DNA of 64,000 nt, taken from assembly GCA_963755125.1 (NCBI GenBank), contig CAVWIP010000015.1, forward strand, positions 343,133 through 407,132. The letters run 5' to 3'. A model generated the notes under the pieces. That model was given only the letters and a program-made list of their open reading frames with translations, ran no database searches and was not told where the DNA came from. Positions 39,516 through 51,437 of this stretch are shown in pieces. Each line of letters begins with the position of its first letter. Position 1 is the stretch's first letter. This stretch comes from an uncultured delta proteobacterium (GTDB taxonomy: Bacteria > Myxococcota_A > Polyangia > Fen-1088). The translations under genes were made by a program, and so were the position numbers.

Positions 39516-41054
39516 ATGCGAAAAACGACCGTGGTTGTTTCGGTGACGTTAGCAGCGGCGGCGCTGGCCGCGGGGTTGGGACTCGGCGCTCGTTTCGCCC
39601 CGCACGCGTCCGCAGATTCAGCCGCGCCGCCTCCGGCCGTGACCCCCAAGACCCAGGTACCTCAGGAGGCTCGCGCGCTGTCGCAGGCCTTTGCGGCCAC
39701 GGCCCGGGCCTTGCGACCCAGCGTGGTACGCATCGATGTGGAGGTCGAGCAGCCCAAGTTGTCCCGCCGCAACTTCCATCGCGAGGATTTGCCGCCCGAC
39801 ATGGAGCGCTTCTTCGAGCACTTCTTCCAATTCGGCGACGGGTTCGAGGGTATTCCCGCGCCTGGTCCCGGGCACGGCACCGGGTCTGGGGTGGTCATCG
39901 ACGGCGCCGGCAACATCATGACCAACAGCCACGTGGCGGAAAAGGCCAGCAAAGTCACGGTCACATTTGCCGACGGACGCGAGTTTCCCGCCAAGGTCGT
40001 GGGCGCCGATCCCAAGACCGATGTGGCCGTGATCCGTTTGCAGAATCTGCCGTCCGGGCTAGTCGCCGCTCGCATGGGCGATTCCAACGCCATCGAGGTG
40101 GGTGAGTGGGTGCTGGCCATCGGCAGCCCGCTCGGCCTCGATCAAAGCGTCACCGCCGGAATCATCAGCGGCAAGGGTAAGGTCACGCGCAACGTGCACA
40201 TGTCAGGCGAACGCATGCGCGAGTACATCCAGACCGACGCGAAGATCAACCCGGGCAACTCGGGTGGCCCCTTGGTGAACCTGCAGGGCGAGGTGATTGG
40301 CATCAACACCCTCATTAACGTGGGGCCGGGCGGCGCCTACGGCTTTGCCATTCCCATCAGCCAGGCCCGCAAGGTCGCCCAGATGATCATTCGCGACGGA
40401 CGCGTGCACCATGCTTGGCTGGGGGTGGCCATCGGGGACATCAAGGATGGCCTCAAGATGGGCATGGATGGTGAACCCGAACAGAAGGATCAGACCGGGA
40501 AGTCCGGACCTGCGCGCGCTGCCTGGGTCAGCCAGGTGTTGCCGCACAGCCCGGCCGGCCAGGCCGGTATCCACGTGGGCGACATCGTCACGCAGATCGA
40601 CAAGCAGACGATCGAGGGCGCGGCCGACGTAGTCGACTACGTATCGGGGCAGAAGGTGGGCGATAAGGTCAAACTGGCAATCCTGCGCGACGGCCGTCCC
40701 AGCACGGTACAGGTCACCCTAGGCGAGTTGCCCGCGCGGCTGGGCGAGGAAATCGATGTCCAGGTCGAGAAGGATCAGGTCGGCGTGCAGGTCCAGACCT
40801 TGACGCCCGACATGGCACGCATGCTGGGGATGGATCCAGGAACCAAGGGCGCGGTGGTCAGCGGGGTCGAGCCAGAAGGCCGAGCCGCCAAGGCTGGCCT
40901 GCGCGCCGAAGACGTCATCGTCGAGATCGACCGCAAGCCGATCACCAGCGCCGAGGAAGCCGTGAGCGCCCTGCGCGCAGGCGGCAAGGCGGGGCATCTG
41001 CTGCGGGTCCGCCACGGGGACACCTTCCGCTTCGTCACGATCCCGCCGCAGTAG
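39516..41054 (+). CDS. degP: DegP/HtrA serine protease with two PDZ domains
   Basis: Signal peptide; GSGVVI, TNSHV, DPKTDVAV, IQTDAKINPGNSGGPL; two PDZ repeats. Confidence 0.93.
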   Translation: MRKTTVVVSVTLAAAALAAGLGLGARFAPHASADSAAPPPAVTPKTQVPQEARALSQAFAATARALRPSVVRIDVEVEQPKLSRRNFHREDLPPDMERFFEHFFQFGDGFEGIPAPGPGHGTGSGVVIDGAGNIMTNSHVAEKASKVTVTFADGREFPAKVVGADPKTDVAVIRLQNLPSGLVAARMGDSNAIEVGEWVLAIGSPLGLDQSVTAGIISGKGKVTRNVHMSGERMREYIQTDAKINPGNSGGPLVNLQGEVIGINTLINVGPGGAYGFAIPISQARKVAQMIIRDGRVHHAWLGVAIGDIKDGLKMGMDGEPEQKDQTGKSGPARAAWVSQVLPHSPAGQAGIHVGDIVTQIDKQTIEGAADVVDYVSGQKVGDKVKLAILRDGRPSTVQVTLGELPARLGEEIDVQVEKDQVGVQVQTLTPDMARMLGMDPGTKGAVVSGVEPEGRAAKAGLRAEDVIVEIDRKPITSAEEAVSALRAGGKAGHLLRVRHGDTFRFVTIPPQ

Positions 41055-41073
41055 CAGACCAAGCGCGAAGCGG

Positions 41074-41619
41074 TCAGCGGGCAAGCGAGCGTTCGATGGC
41101 GCGCACTGTCTCGACCATGGCCTTGATCGCTGGTGGCACGTCGATGACGGTCAACGCGTTCAAAGCCGTGCCCGGGTATTGCTCTTCGCGTTGTTCGGCA
41201 ACCGAAATGAGCACGCGCAAGGCCCGCTCTGGCGTGATGCGGTCCATGTCGCGGCCAGGCGGCGCCAGGCCCACCGACTGCATGCCCAGTCCGCGCAAGG
41301 CATCGAAGACAGCGCCCAAGCTGGCGCGGAAAGCGTCCTCGGAGAAGCGGGTCGTCGGGCCCAGGCCGATGGTTAGGACGCGGCGCCAGGGCACGCGGGC
41401 GGTGAAAAAAAGCAATTTCTCACCCATCGCGCCTTCCAGTCGGCCCTCGCGCAGTAACTGCGACAGGCGACCGTTGAGTCTCCAGTCGAGCAGACCAGCC
41501 GCCCCGCGCAAGGGACGCACGTCGGCCCAGAGCGGCACGACCAGGGCGTCGCCACCCGGAGAGCGGTCCCAGCGGCCCAGGTCGACCGGGAGAAAGGCAA
41601 TTTGGCTTGCGGCCAGCAT
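41074..41619 (-). CDS. Stand-alone M17 (leucyl aminopeptidase) N-terminal-like domain protein
   Basis: PLWADVRPLRGAAGLLDWRLNGRLS...GEKLL...RVLTIGLG; no catalytic M17 domain follows. Confidence 0.65.
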   Translation of the reverse strand: MLAASQIAFLPVDLGRWDRSPGGDALVVPLWADVRPLRGAAGLLDWRLNGRLSQLLREGRLEGAMGEKLLFFTARVPWRRVLTIGLGPTTRFSEDAFRASLGAVFDALRGLGMQSVGLAPPGRDMDRITPERALRVLISVAEQREEQYPGTALNALTVIDVPPAIKAMVETVRAIERSLAR

Positions 41620-41620
41620 C

Positions 41621-42076
41621 TCAGGGTGTGATGCCAAGTAGACCCAGGGCGGAATCGAGCAGCCCGTTGACGAACGCGGGCGCCTCCTCGGAGCCGTAGC
41701 GCTTGGCCAACTCTACCGCCTCATTGATTACAACCCTCGCGGGAACATCGGCCTGGCAGTGGGCGAGCTCGTAGAGAGCAATGCGCAGAACGTTGCGATC
41801 CACGCGCGCCAACCGCACCACCCGCCAGTTCTGGGACAGCCGAGACAGGATCTCGTCCAGCTCAACCCGGTGCTCCCATGCTCCGTTGACCAGCGTGGCG
41901 GCCAGCTTTTCGTCCACGGCACGCTCGTCCTGCGGGTCGCATTCGCCTTCCTCTTCGACCGCACCGAACTCGCGCAGATGGGTCGCCAGCGCCGCGTCCG
42001 GATCCGCGCCGTCCGCGCTGTCCATGGCGTACAGGACCTGGAGGGCCACCGCGCGGGCTCGGCGCCGCGGCGTCAT
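41621..42076 (-). CDS. nusB: Transcription antitermination factor NusB
   Basis: PRRRARAVALQVLY, NWRVVRLARVDRNVLRIALYEL, VINEAVELAKRYG, FVNGLLD. Confidence 0.95.
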   Translation of the reverse strand: MTPRRRARAVALQVLYAMDSADGADPDAALATHLREFGAVEEEGECDPQDERAVDEKLAATLVNGAWEHRVELDEILSRLSQNWRVVRLARVDRNVLRIALYELAHCQADVPARVVINEAVELAKRYGSEEAPAFVNGLLDSALGLLGITP

Positions 42077-42092
42077 CTTGGCAAGGTCCAAG

Positions 42093-43787
<1,695 letters not shown>

Positions 43788-43798
<11 letters not shown>

Positions 43799-44390
43799 GA
43801 GCGTTTTCCACGAAGCGAGCGACCTGCTTGGCAATCATATCCGCTTCCATGTTGACACAATCGCCCGTGCGAAGCCCGCCCAGCAGGGTGACGGACAGGG
43901 TGTGGGGAATCAGCCAGACCTCCACGCTGTGACCGTCCATCTGGTTGATGGTGAGGCTCACGCCGTCGACGGCGATGGAGCCCTTCTTCACCAGAAAGGG
44001 CGCGACCGATTCCGGCACACTCAGGCGCAGGGCCAGGGTATCGCCCTGCTTGCGTGCCGATTCTACCTTGCCCACCCCGTCGACATGGCCGGTGACCAGG
44101 TGGCCGCCCAGCATGTCGCCCAGGCGCAGCGGCCGCTCCAGGTGGACGCGGTCACTGGCCTTGAGCGAACCAAGGGTCGTGCACGCAAGGGTTTCCGGCC
44201 CCAGGTCGGCTTCAAAGCGCCGCGCGCGTCGGGCCACGATGGTCAGACAGGCGCCGTTGACCGCCATGCTGGCGCCCAGTGGAAGTGAAGCCACGTCGAG
44301 ATCGGTGGCGACCGCCAAGCGGCGCGTGCCACCCGAGCCGGCGCGCGACGATTCCACTTTGCCGATAGCTTCAACGATGCCGGTGAACAA
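43788..44390 (-). CDS. ribE: Riboflavin synthase (alpha)
   Basis: MFTGIVE, SMAVNGACLT, LGGHLVTGHVDG, KGSIAVDGVSLT, IPHT, NMEAD. Confidence 0.95.
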
Positions 44391-44405
44391 GTTCTACTCG
44401 CGGGT

Positions 44406-45575
44406 CTAGGATCGCCGACGCAATTTGGGACCGAGAACATCGCCCTCGACCAGGACATCCTCGCCGATGGCGCGAACCTCGATCGGCCCGAGCCTTAGGG
44501 GAGTGCTCCAATCGAGGCCGGGGCCTTCTACGATGGGCCGGCCAGCGCCCACAAGGCGCGGCGCGAAGAAGAAGGCGACCGAGTCCAACCGACACGCCGA
44601 AATGAAGGCGCCGTGGACCCGGCTGCCGCCTTCGACCAGAAGCGACTGCACCCTGCGCTCGGCGAGAGCCCGCAGGAGAACGGGAATCGAGATGCGGCCG
44701 GCGCGATCAGCGGGCAGGAGAAGGACTTCCGCCCCGGCCTGCCGCAAAGCTCGCTCGCGGGTCAAGCGTGCGCGGGCGTCGCTGGCACGCTTGCCCGACT
44801 GCGCGCCGATGATGAGCGCCGGGGGCGCGCCCAGTTGCCGGATGAGCCTGGCCGAGGGCGGCGTGCGTAGATGCCCGTCGAGAACCACCCGCAAGGGGCC
44901 GGGTTTGCCAGCACCGGGCAGACGCACGGTGAGGCGGGGGTTGTCCGCCAGCACGGTACCCACCCCGACCAGAACGGCGTCGTGCTGGCTGCGCAGCAGA
45001 TGGGCGTGCGCGTGCGCGGCTGTGCCGGTGACAAATCGCGCGCCCGGATCGTGCGGCTTGGCCTGGCCACTTGCGATGAATCCGTCTAGCGTGGTCGCGA
45101 CCTTGAGCGTGACCCAGGGCCGGTGAGCCCGGACCCACACGAAGAACGCGCGGTTCTGTCTTCGGCATTCGTGGTCGAGACAACCCACGTCGACGCGAAT
45201 GCCGGCCCGGCGCAGATGCAGGACGCCGCGACCGCTGACCAGTGGATTTTCGTCGCAGCACCCGATGACCACGCGGCGGACGCCGGCGCGCACGATGGCC
45301 TCGGTGCAGGGGCCGGTGCGACCCTGGTGGCAGCAGGGTTCCAGCGTGACATACAAGGTGGCACCCCGGGCTCGGACGCCCTTGTGCGAAAGCGCCTCGA
45401 TCTCGGCGTGGGGAAGGCCGGCGCGGCGGTGATAGCCCCGCGCCAGCACGCGGCCGGCGCGCACCAGCAGGGCGCCCACCACGGGGTTGGGGCGGGTCTG
45501 GCCGCGACCGAGTTCGGCCAGAGCCAACGCTTCGCGCATGAAGCGTCGGTCAACCTCGGAAAAAACTCTACTCAT
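44406..45575 (-). CDS. ribD: Bifunctional riboflavin deaminase/reductase
   Basis: PNPVVGA, HAE, YVTLEPCCHQGRTGPC, TLKVATTLDG, GTVLADNPRLT, LLVEGG. Confidence 0.95.
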   Translation of the reverse strand: MSRVFSEVDRRFMREALALAELGRGQTRPNPVVGALLVRAGRVLARGYHRRAGLPHAEIEALSHKGVRARGATLYVTLEPCCHQGRTGPCTEAIVRAGVRRVVIGCCDENPLVSGRGVLHLRRAGIRVDVGCLDHECRRQNRAFFVWVRAHRPWVTLKVATTLDGFIASGQAKPHDPGARFVTGTAAHAHAHLLRSQHDAVLVGVGTVLADNPRLTVRLPGAGKPGPLRVVLDGHLRTPPSARLIRQLGAPPALIIGAQSGKRASDARARLTRERALRQAGAEVLLLPADRAGRISIPVLLRALAERRVQSLLVEGGSRVHGAFISACRLDSVAFFFAPRLVGAGRPIVEGPGLDWSTPLRLGPIEVRAIGEDVLVEGDVLGPKLRRRS

Positions 45576-46039
45576 GAATCCTGGCCTTTCCAGCGCAAGA
45601 GCCTTTGCACTTCGCTGAGCAACTCGGTCGCGTCTTTGAAGTGCATGTACACGGTGGCGAAGCGCAGGTAGGCCACGTCGTCGATCTCGCGCAGCCGGCT
45701 CAGCACGGCATCCCCGAGACGGGACGAGGCGATTTCCTTCTCGCCGGTTTCACGCAGCGACCGTTCGATGGAGTCCGCCATCTGCTCCAGGACGGCCACA
45801 GGAACCGGCCGCTTTTCACAGGCCTTGGTGACGCCCGCCAGGAGCTTGGCCCGGTCGAACGGCTCGCGCCGCGCGTCCTTCTTGACCACCGACGGAAGCA
45901 GTTCCTCGACGCGTTCGTAGGTGGTGAAACGCTTGCCGCACCCGGCGCATTCGCGGCGGCGTCGCACAATCTGCTCGTCCTCGCTGGGACGGGTGTCCAC
46001 AACCTTGTCTTCGGTGGCGGAACAGAAAGGGCAGCGCAT
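45572..46039 (-). CDS. nrdR: Transcriptional repressor NrdR
   Basis: MRCPFC...VVDTR...[20 protein letters not shown]-cone [22 protein letters not shown]. Confidence 0.97.
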   Translation of the reverse strand: MRCPFCSATEDKVVDTRPSEDEQIVRRRRECAGCGKRFTTYERVEELLPSVVKKDARREPFDRAKLLAGVTKACEKRPVPVAVLEQMADSIERSLRETGEKEIASSRLGDAVLSRLREIDDVAYLRFATVYMHFKDATELLSEVQRLLRWKGQDS

Positions 46040-46070
46040 GGTCCAGGGTCCAGGTATTGTTTACCACCCC

Positions 46071-47060
46071 ATGAGCGAAGTACGAATCACCGTCAACGGA
46101 AAGCCGCGCAGCGTTTCGACCGGCCTGTCGATCGCGTCTCTGTTGCAAGAGATGGGCGTGGACCTTGGCCATGTCGCGGTGGAGCGCAACGAGGAGGTCG
46201 TCCCACGCAAGACCTGGCCAGAGTCGACCATCTGCGATGGCGATCGGATCGAGGTGGTGGCGTTCATGGGTGGCGGCTCGGGCAGTGTTTCTGCAGATGT
46301 TCTGGTGATCGGGGGCAAGGCGTTTCGTTCCCGACTGCTGGTTGGGACGGGGAAGTATCGATCCATCGAGGAAACCCGCAAGGCCATCGAGGCGTCGGGG
46401 GCCGAGATCGTGACCGTGGCTCTGCGACGGGTGGACCTGGCGCCAGGGGCGGCCACCGTGCTGGATGCGATTGACCGCAGGACCCACACGCTGCTGCCCA
46501 ACACCGCCGGTTGCTACACGGCGGAAGAGGCCATCCGGACCTGCCGCCTGGCGCGCGAACTGGGCATGGCCGACATGGTCAAGCTGGAAGTCATCGGCGA
46601 CCAGCAGACGCTGTTTCCCGACGGCACCGCCACGTTGGAAGCGGCCAAGGTGCTGGTCAAGGAGGGCTTCGTCGTGCTGCCTTATTGCCTGGACGATCCC
46701 ATCCTGGCCAAGAAACTGGAAGAGGCGGGCTGCGCCGCGGTCATGCCGCTGGCTGCGCCCATCGGTTCCGGTCTGGGAATCCGCAACCCCTACAACCTGC
46801 GCATCATCATGGAAAACGCCAAGGTGCCCATCATCGTCGACGCGGGCGTGGGCACGGCTTCCGACGCGGCCGTGGCCATGGAACTGGGCTGCGACGGCGT
46901 GCTGATGAACACCGCCATTGCGGGCGCCCAGCAGCCGCTGCTCATGGCCGAGGCCATGCGCGACGCCGTGATTGCCGGCCGCAAGGCGTTCTGTGCGGGC
47001 CGCATCCCGCGCAAGCTGTACGCCACGGCATCGTCGCCGCTGGCCGGGCTCATCGAGTAG
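46071..47060 (+). CDS. thiG: ThiS-ThiG fusion (sulfur carrier plus thiazole synthase)
   Basis: ThiS part ITVNG...[11 protein letters not shown]...[14 protein letters not shown] continues in frame into Thi[51 protein letters not shown]. Confidence 0.94.
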   Translation: MSEVRITVNGKPRSVSTGLSIASLLQEMGVDLGHVAVERNEEVVPRKTWPESTICDGDRIEVVAFMGGGSGSVSADVLVIGGKAFRSRLLVGTGKYRSIEETRKAIEASGAEIVTVALRRVDLAPGAATVLDAIDRRTHTLLPNTAGCYTAEEAIRTCRLARELGMADMVKLEVIGDQQTLFPDGTATLEAAKVLVKEGFVVLPYCLDDPILAKKLEEAGCAAVMPLAAPIGSGLGIRNPYNLRIIMENAKVPIIVDAGVGTASDAAVAMELGCDGVLMNTAIAGAQQPLLMAEAMRDAVIAGRKAFCAGRIPRKLYATASSPLAGLIE

Positions 47061-47067
47061 GAAGTTC

Positions 47068-47703
47068 GTGGTTCCGCGCGTGTACCTGATTACCGATCGA
47101 CACGCGATCGGCGACAGGGAATTGTCCGCCGTGGTCGCGGCGGCCCTGCAGGGAGCCGGACCGGCTGCCTCACAGGTGGCTGTGCAGTTGCGCGAAAAGG
47201 ATCTATCAGCGCGCGCGTTGGTCGAATTGGCCCGCGAGTTGCGCGCAGTCACCACTGCCGTAGGAGCTGCGTTGTTCATCAATGATCGAGTGGACGTGGC
47301 GCTGGCTGTGGACGCGGACGGGGTGCATCTGCCCACTTCCGGCCTGTCGGCAGGACAGGTGCGCCGTCTTGCCCCCAATCTTTGCGTCGCCGTTTCCACT
47401 CATGATGTCTCCGAGGTTGAATCGGCCGCACAGTTCGGCGCGGACTTCGTGGTTTTTGGTCCGGTGTTCGACACGCCGTCAAAGCGCGCCTACGGACCGG
47501 CCAAAGGCATTCAAGCATTGGAAAGAGCTTGCTGTTGCCCAATCCCGGTCATTGCGCTCGGTGGAATCGATAACAGCAACGCTGAGAGTTGTATTCGTAT
47601 GGGCGCTTACGGGATTGCGACGATTCGTACTGTAATTGCCGCCGACGACGCGGCAGTGGCGTTGGCGCGGTTACTTGCAATCTGCGGAAAAACCGCAACC
47701 TAA
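47068..47703 (+). CDS. thiE: Thiamine-phosphate synthase
   Basis: VYLITDR, VQLREKD, INDRVDVA, DGVHL, STH, GPVFDTPSK, IALGGI. Confidence 0.92.
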   Translation: MVPRVYLITDRHAIGDRELSAVVAAALQGAGPAASQVAVQLREKDLSARALVELARELRAVTTAVGAALFINDRVDVALAVDADGVHLPTSGLSAGQVRRLAPNLCVAVSTHDVSEVESAAQFGADFVVFGPVFDTPSKRAYGPAKGIQALERACCCPIPVIALGGIDNSNAESCIRMGAYGIATIRTVIAADDAAVALARLLAICGKTAT

Positions 47704-47707
47704 GACC

Positions 47708-47735
47708 TTGACAGGCCCACGCAGAACCGTACCCT
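47708..47735 (+). promoter_or_regulatory. Sigma-70 promoter of the cold-shock gene
   Basis: TTGACA-N16-TACCCT, about 70 nt upstream of ATG 47805; GGAGG RBS downstream. Confidence 0.6.
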
Positions 47736-47804
47736 TCTGACTGTGCGCTCCAGACAATTCCGTTGGGGCGTGGCGGAGATCAGTACAGTTCGAGGAGGCA
47801 GTGA

Positions 47805-48026
47805 ATGGCAACCGGAAAGGTGAAATGGTTCAGCGATTCCAAGGGGTATGGATTCATCGCGCGGGATGGGGAGGAGGACGTTTTCGTCCACTACACGGCG
47901 ATCACGGCAGAGGGGTATCGTTCGTTGGCCCAGGGCCAGACAGTGGAGTTTGACATCACCAAGGGGCCGAAGGGGCTGCAAGCCATGAATGTCAAACGCC
48001 AGGAGGCCGCGCAAGAGGCGCAATAG
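47805..48026 (+). CDS. cspA: Cold-shock protein
   Basis: [37 protein letters not shown]. Confidence 0.96.
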   Translation: MATGKVKWFSDSKGYGFIARDGEEDVFVHYTAITAEGYRSLAQGQTVEFDITKGPKGLQAMNVKRQEAAQEAQ

Positions 48027-48093
48027 ATCCGCCGGCCGGCCTCGGCCTCTTCAATCTCCTTTGGGTGAGTGAACCAGGCACTCCGGCGCTGGT

Positions 48094-49110
48094 TCAATCG
48101 TCACGTTGCCACGACATCTGGATGTCAGTGCCGAGTTCTGCAATGACCCGCTCGCGGAATTGCGCTTTCAGCCTTTCCGCGATCTGGCCCATGCGCTGCT
48201 TGGAGACGCCGTAGCGCGCGCCGAGGGTCGATAGCGGAACCGCCTCGCCGGCGGCGGCCAGGTGTTCGCGCCACACGGCTCGTGCGCGCTCGTCGTCCAG
48301 CTTGCTCTCGAAGTCATCCATGAGCCGGCGCACGGCCTGCGACAGCTCGTCCCGCGCGGTTTGCTGTTCGGGCGAAGCCTGGTGTGCCGCGATTTTTTCG
48401 GCCATGGGCACACCGTCTTCGTCGGGCCGCGGTTCCAATGAAACCTCGTGCGAGGCGAGGTGCGCGGACACCTCGGCCAGGTCAGCCTCGTTTACCTCCA
48501 GCCGGGCGGCCAGCAGCCTGGGTGTCGGGTCGATGCCCTCGGCCAGCAGTTTCTGCCGCTCCTTTTCCAGGCGGAAGAACAGCTTGCGTCCGGCGCGGGT
48601 ATTGCCCACGTGGATCAGGCGCGAGTTGGTCATGAGGAAACGCAGGATGCAGGCCCGAATCCAGTAGGCCGCGTAGGAGCCGAAGCGCGTGCCCATGTCC
48701 GGATCCCAGCGCCGCACGGCCTCCATCAAGCCGACCGCGCCCTCCTGGAACAGGTCGAGCAGGTTGAGCCAGGCCCGCCGGTATTGGTAGGCGATGGACA
48801 CCACCAGGCGAAGGTTGTGCAAGACCAAGGTGCGAGCGGCGTCGACGTCACCGCGTTTGCGCGCGGCTTCGATGAGTTCGCGTTCCTGCTTCTCGTCCAG
48901 GCGCGCATAGCGGCGCGCTTCGTTGATGAAGCGTTGGACCGGATCGCGCGCTGGCGCCAGATGTTGTTCCAGCGCGGGCGGTATGATCTCGGGCGCGGTG
49001 CTCTCCACCAGATCAGGCTCGAGCGGCGCCTCGGCCGCAGTGCCATCGCCCTCCGTCTCGTCCGAGCGGGCGAGAGGGTCGTCGTGGGGACTGGCAGGAG
49101 GTTTGGTCAT
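48094..49110 (-). CDS. rpoH: RpoH/sigma-32-family sigma factor
   Basis: LVLHNLRLVVSIA, DLFQEGAVGLMEAV, RFGSYAAYWIRA, RpoH-box-like GRKLFFRL, region 4 LGARYGVSKQRMGQI. Confidence 0.85.
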   Translation of the reverse strand: MTKPPASPHDDPLARSDETEGDGTAAEAPLEPDLVESTAPEIIPPALEQHLAPARDPVQRFINEARRYARLDEKQERELIEAARKRGDVDAARTLVLHNLRLVVSIAYQYRRAWLNLLDLFQEGAVGLMEAVRRWDPDMGTRFGSYAAYWIRACILRFLMTNSRLIHVGNTRAGRKLFFRLEKERQKLLAEGIDPTPRLLAARLEVNEADLAEVSAHLASHEVSLEPRPDEDGVPMAEKIAAHQASPEQQTARDELSQAVRRLMDDFESKLDDERARAVWREHLAAAGEAVPLSTLGARYGVSKQRMGQIAERLKAQFRERVIAELGTDIQMSWQRDD

Positions 49111-50159
49111 GAGGCCGGGAGCGCGGCCAAGAGCTGGTCGTTCTCCTCGGCCGTGCCAATGGTGATGCGCAGCTTGTCGTCGAGACCAGGCTTGTCGAAG
49201 AAGCGTACCAGGATGCCCTTGCTCTTGAGCGCGCGATAGATTACGGCGGCGTTGCCGCCGGGGCAGGTGGCCAGCACGAAGTTGGCCTGGCTGGGAATCA
49301 CCTGCCACCCGCGCCGGCGCAGCGCCTCGCTCAGGCGGGTGCGTTCGGCCCGCACGTGGTCCCAGCTACGGCGCGCGTAGTCCTGGTCCTCCAGCGCTGC
49401 CGTGGCTGCGCTGATCGCGACCGCGTCGCAGTTGTAACTGTCCTTGACCTTGTTCATTTCCGACACCAACTCGGGCGCTGCGATGGCGTAACCGAAGCGC
49501 AGGCCCGCCAGGGCGTAGCCCTTGCTCAGGGTGCGGCACACCATCAAGTTGGAGAACTCGCGCACCAGAGCGAGGCTGTTCTCGTCGGCGAAATCCACGT
49601 AGGCCTCGTCGACCAGGAGCAGGCCGGAAAAGCGCGTGGCCAGTTCGCGCACCCTGGCCGTGCGCACCAGCGTGCCGGTGGGCGCGTTGGGGTTGGCGAA
49701 GAAGATGGCCCGCGCGCCGGTAGCCAGCAGCGCATCGATGGGCAGATCCCAGCCCGCGGCCCAAGGCACGGTCACGACCTTGACCTCGCCCACTTCGGCC
49801 AGCACGGGGTACAGCGAGTAGGTCGGATCCGGATAGGCCAGGATCTCGCCCGGGCCGAGGTAGGTCCGCACGGCCATGGCCAGGATCTCGTCGCTGCCGT
49901 TGCCGGCCACGATCATGTCGGGCGAAACCCCGTGCACGCGCGCCGCGGTTCGGCGGAAATCCTCTGCGCTGGGGCTCGGGTAGCGCCGCAGCCGTTCGGG
50001 ATCGATGGTGTGGATGGCCTCGACCACCCGCGGGCTGGGGACAAAGGGGTTCTCGTTGGTGTTGAGCTTGACCACGCGCTCGCCCGGCCGCGGCTGTTCG
50101 CCGGGCGTGTAGCCGGACATCTTCTCGACGTTGGGTCTGGCTCTGGGCGTGATCGACAC
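49107..50159 (-). CDS. hisC: Histidinol-phosphate aminotransferase
   Basis: GYTPGEQP, KLNTNENPF, LRRYP, GNGSDEIL, ANPNAPTG, VDEAYVDF, RTLSKGYALAGLRFG, PSQANFV, LRITIGT. Confidence 0.94.
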   Translation of the reverse strand: MSITPRARPNVEKMSGYTPGEQPRPGERVVKLNTNENPFVPSPRVVEAIHTIDPERLRRYPSPSAEDFRRTAARVHGVSPDMIVAGNGSDEILAMAVRTYLGPGEILAYPDPTYSLYPVLAEVGEVKVVTVPWAAGWDLPIDALLATGARAIFFANPNAPTGTLVRTARVRELATRFSGLLLVDEAYVDFADENSLALVREFSNLMVCRTLSKGYALAGLRFGYAIAAPELVSEMNKVKDSYNCDAVAISAATAALEDQDYARRSWDHVRAERTRLSEALRRRGWQVIPSQANFVLATCPGGNAAVIYRALKSKGILVRFFDKPGLDDKLRITIGTAEENDQLLAALPAS

Positions 50160-50199
50160 GACAGTTCGTCCCTGCTTGCTGGGCGTCTTGGGCCTGCCC

Positions 50200-50724
50200 C
50201 TACCCCTTGCCCAGGGTCTTGCTGCCGGCCTTCCAGCCAACCGGACACAGATCGCCCGTCTGCGCCGCCTGCAGCAGGCGCACCACTTCGTCCACCGAGC
50301 GGCCGATGCGTGTGATGTTGCACTCGGCGTGCACGATGTCGCCGTCGGGATCGATGATGTAGGTAGCGCGCAGAGCGAAACCCGAGTTTTCGTCCAGGCA
50401 CTGGTAGTCGCGCGCGATCTTCTTGTTGAAGTCCGCGATGAGCGGGTGGGTGATGGTGCCCAGGCTGCCCTTGATCCATTCCTTGTGCGAGTGCTTTGAG
50501 TCGGTCGAGCAGCCCAGCACCACCGCGCCCAGTTCCTTGAATTCCTTGTCACGGTGAGAGAACTCGGTGATCTCGGTCGGACAGATGAAGGTGAAGTCGG
50601 CCGGGTAGAAGAACAACACGATCCACTTGCCGCGGTAGTCCGACAGTGAAATCTTGGCGAACTTCCCGTCGCCGGTCACGGCGTTTTCAGTAAACTCTGG
50701 TGCTTTCTTCCCTACGAGATTCAT
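50200..50724 (-). CDS. ahpC: 2-Cys peroxiredoxin (AhpC/Tsa)
   Basis: FFYPADFTFICPTE, STDSKHSH, LRATYIIDPDG, GRSVDEVVR, LCPVGWKAG. Confidence 0.95.
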   Translation of the reverse strand: MNLVGKKAPEFTENAVTGDGKFAKISLSDYRGKWIVLFFYPADFTFICPTEITEFSHRDKEFKELGAVVLGCSTDSKHSHKEWIKGSLGTITHPLIADFNKKIARDYQCLDENSGFALRATYIIDPDGDIVHAECNITRIGRSVDEVVRLLQAAQTGDLCPVGWKAGSKTLGKG

Positions 50725-50896
50725 GGTTTCCCGATCCCTCCGGCGGGCAGGCCGCTCGCCAGGGTTCAAGCTATCACGTCCGCTGGTGCGTGCCAGGGCC
50801 AGGCCACCCGACCGGGGAACGCATGGTGCTCGCACCCGGGCGCGTTCGCGAATATAGTGGCCACCTCGGACGTCAAGCACCACGGAGGTATTCAAG

Positions 50897-51424
50897 ATGC
50901 GCAAACTCGTCATGGCCGCAGTGTTGACCTCGACCGTTCTCTTGCCAGCCATCTCGAAGGCCGGCTGGGTGGTGGAGGGATCTCTGGGCAAGGGCGGCCA
51001 GGTATCCAGCCCGCGGGCCTGGGAGCAACTCAACCTGATGGTGGCGCCTGGCTACATGCTGCCGGTTCTGTCGCTGATTCGCCTGCAACTCGGCATCGTG
51101 GCCGACTTCGACGACAAGTCAGGCAGCAAGACCAATCTGGAGTTGCGGCCGATGATTGCCATCGTTCCGCCCATCCTGCCGGTCTATGGCCGCGCGATTT
51201 TCGCCATCACCAACCTGGCTGGTCGCAGCGGCGAGAAGCGCGAGATCGCCTATGGCGCCGCCGGGGGACTACGCTTCGGCCTGGGTCCTGTCGGCGTGTT
51301 CGCTGAAGTCGGGGTGCTACCGCGCAGCCGCGAGTACCCGAGCGGGTCAGCTACTGCGCCGACCACCACCAGCAAGTTCGTCTGGATCATAGAAGGCCGC
51401 GCCGGCGCATACCTAGAATTCTAG
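50897..51424 (+). CDS. Small outer-membrane beta-barrel-like protein
   Basis: GGAGG RBS, signal peptide ending ISKA, amphipathic strands, C-terminal GAYLEF. Confidence 0.7.
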   Translation: MRKLVMAAVLTSTVLLPAISKAGWVVEGSLGKGGQVSSPRAWEQLNLMVAPGYMLPVLSLIRLQLGIVADFDDKSGSKTNLELRPMIAIVPPILPVYGRAIFAITNLAGRSGEKREIAYGAAGGLRFGLGPVGVFAEVGVLPRSREYPSGSATAPTTTSKFVWIIEGRAGAYLEF

Positions 51425-51437
51425 CCAGGCGAGGTCG

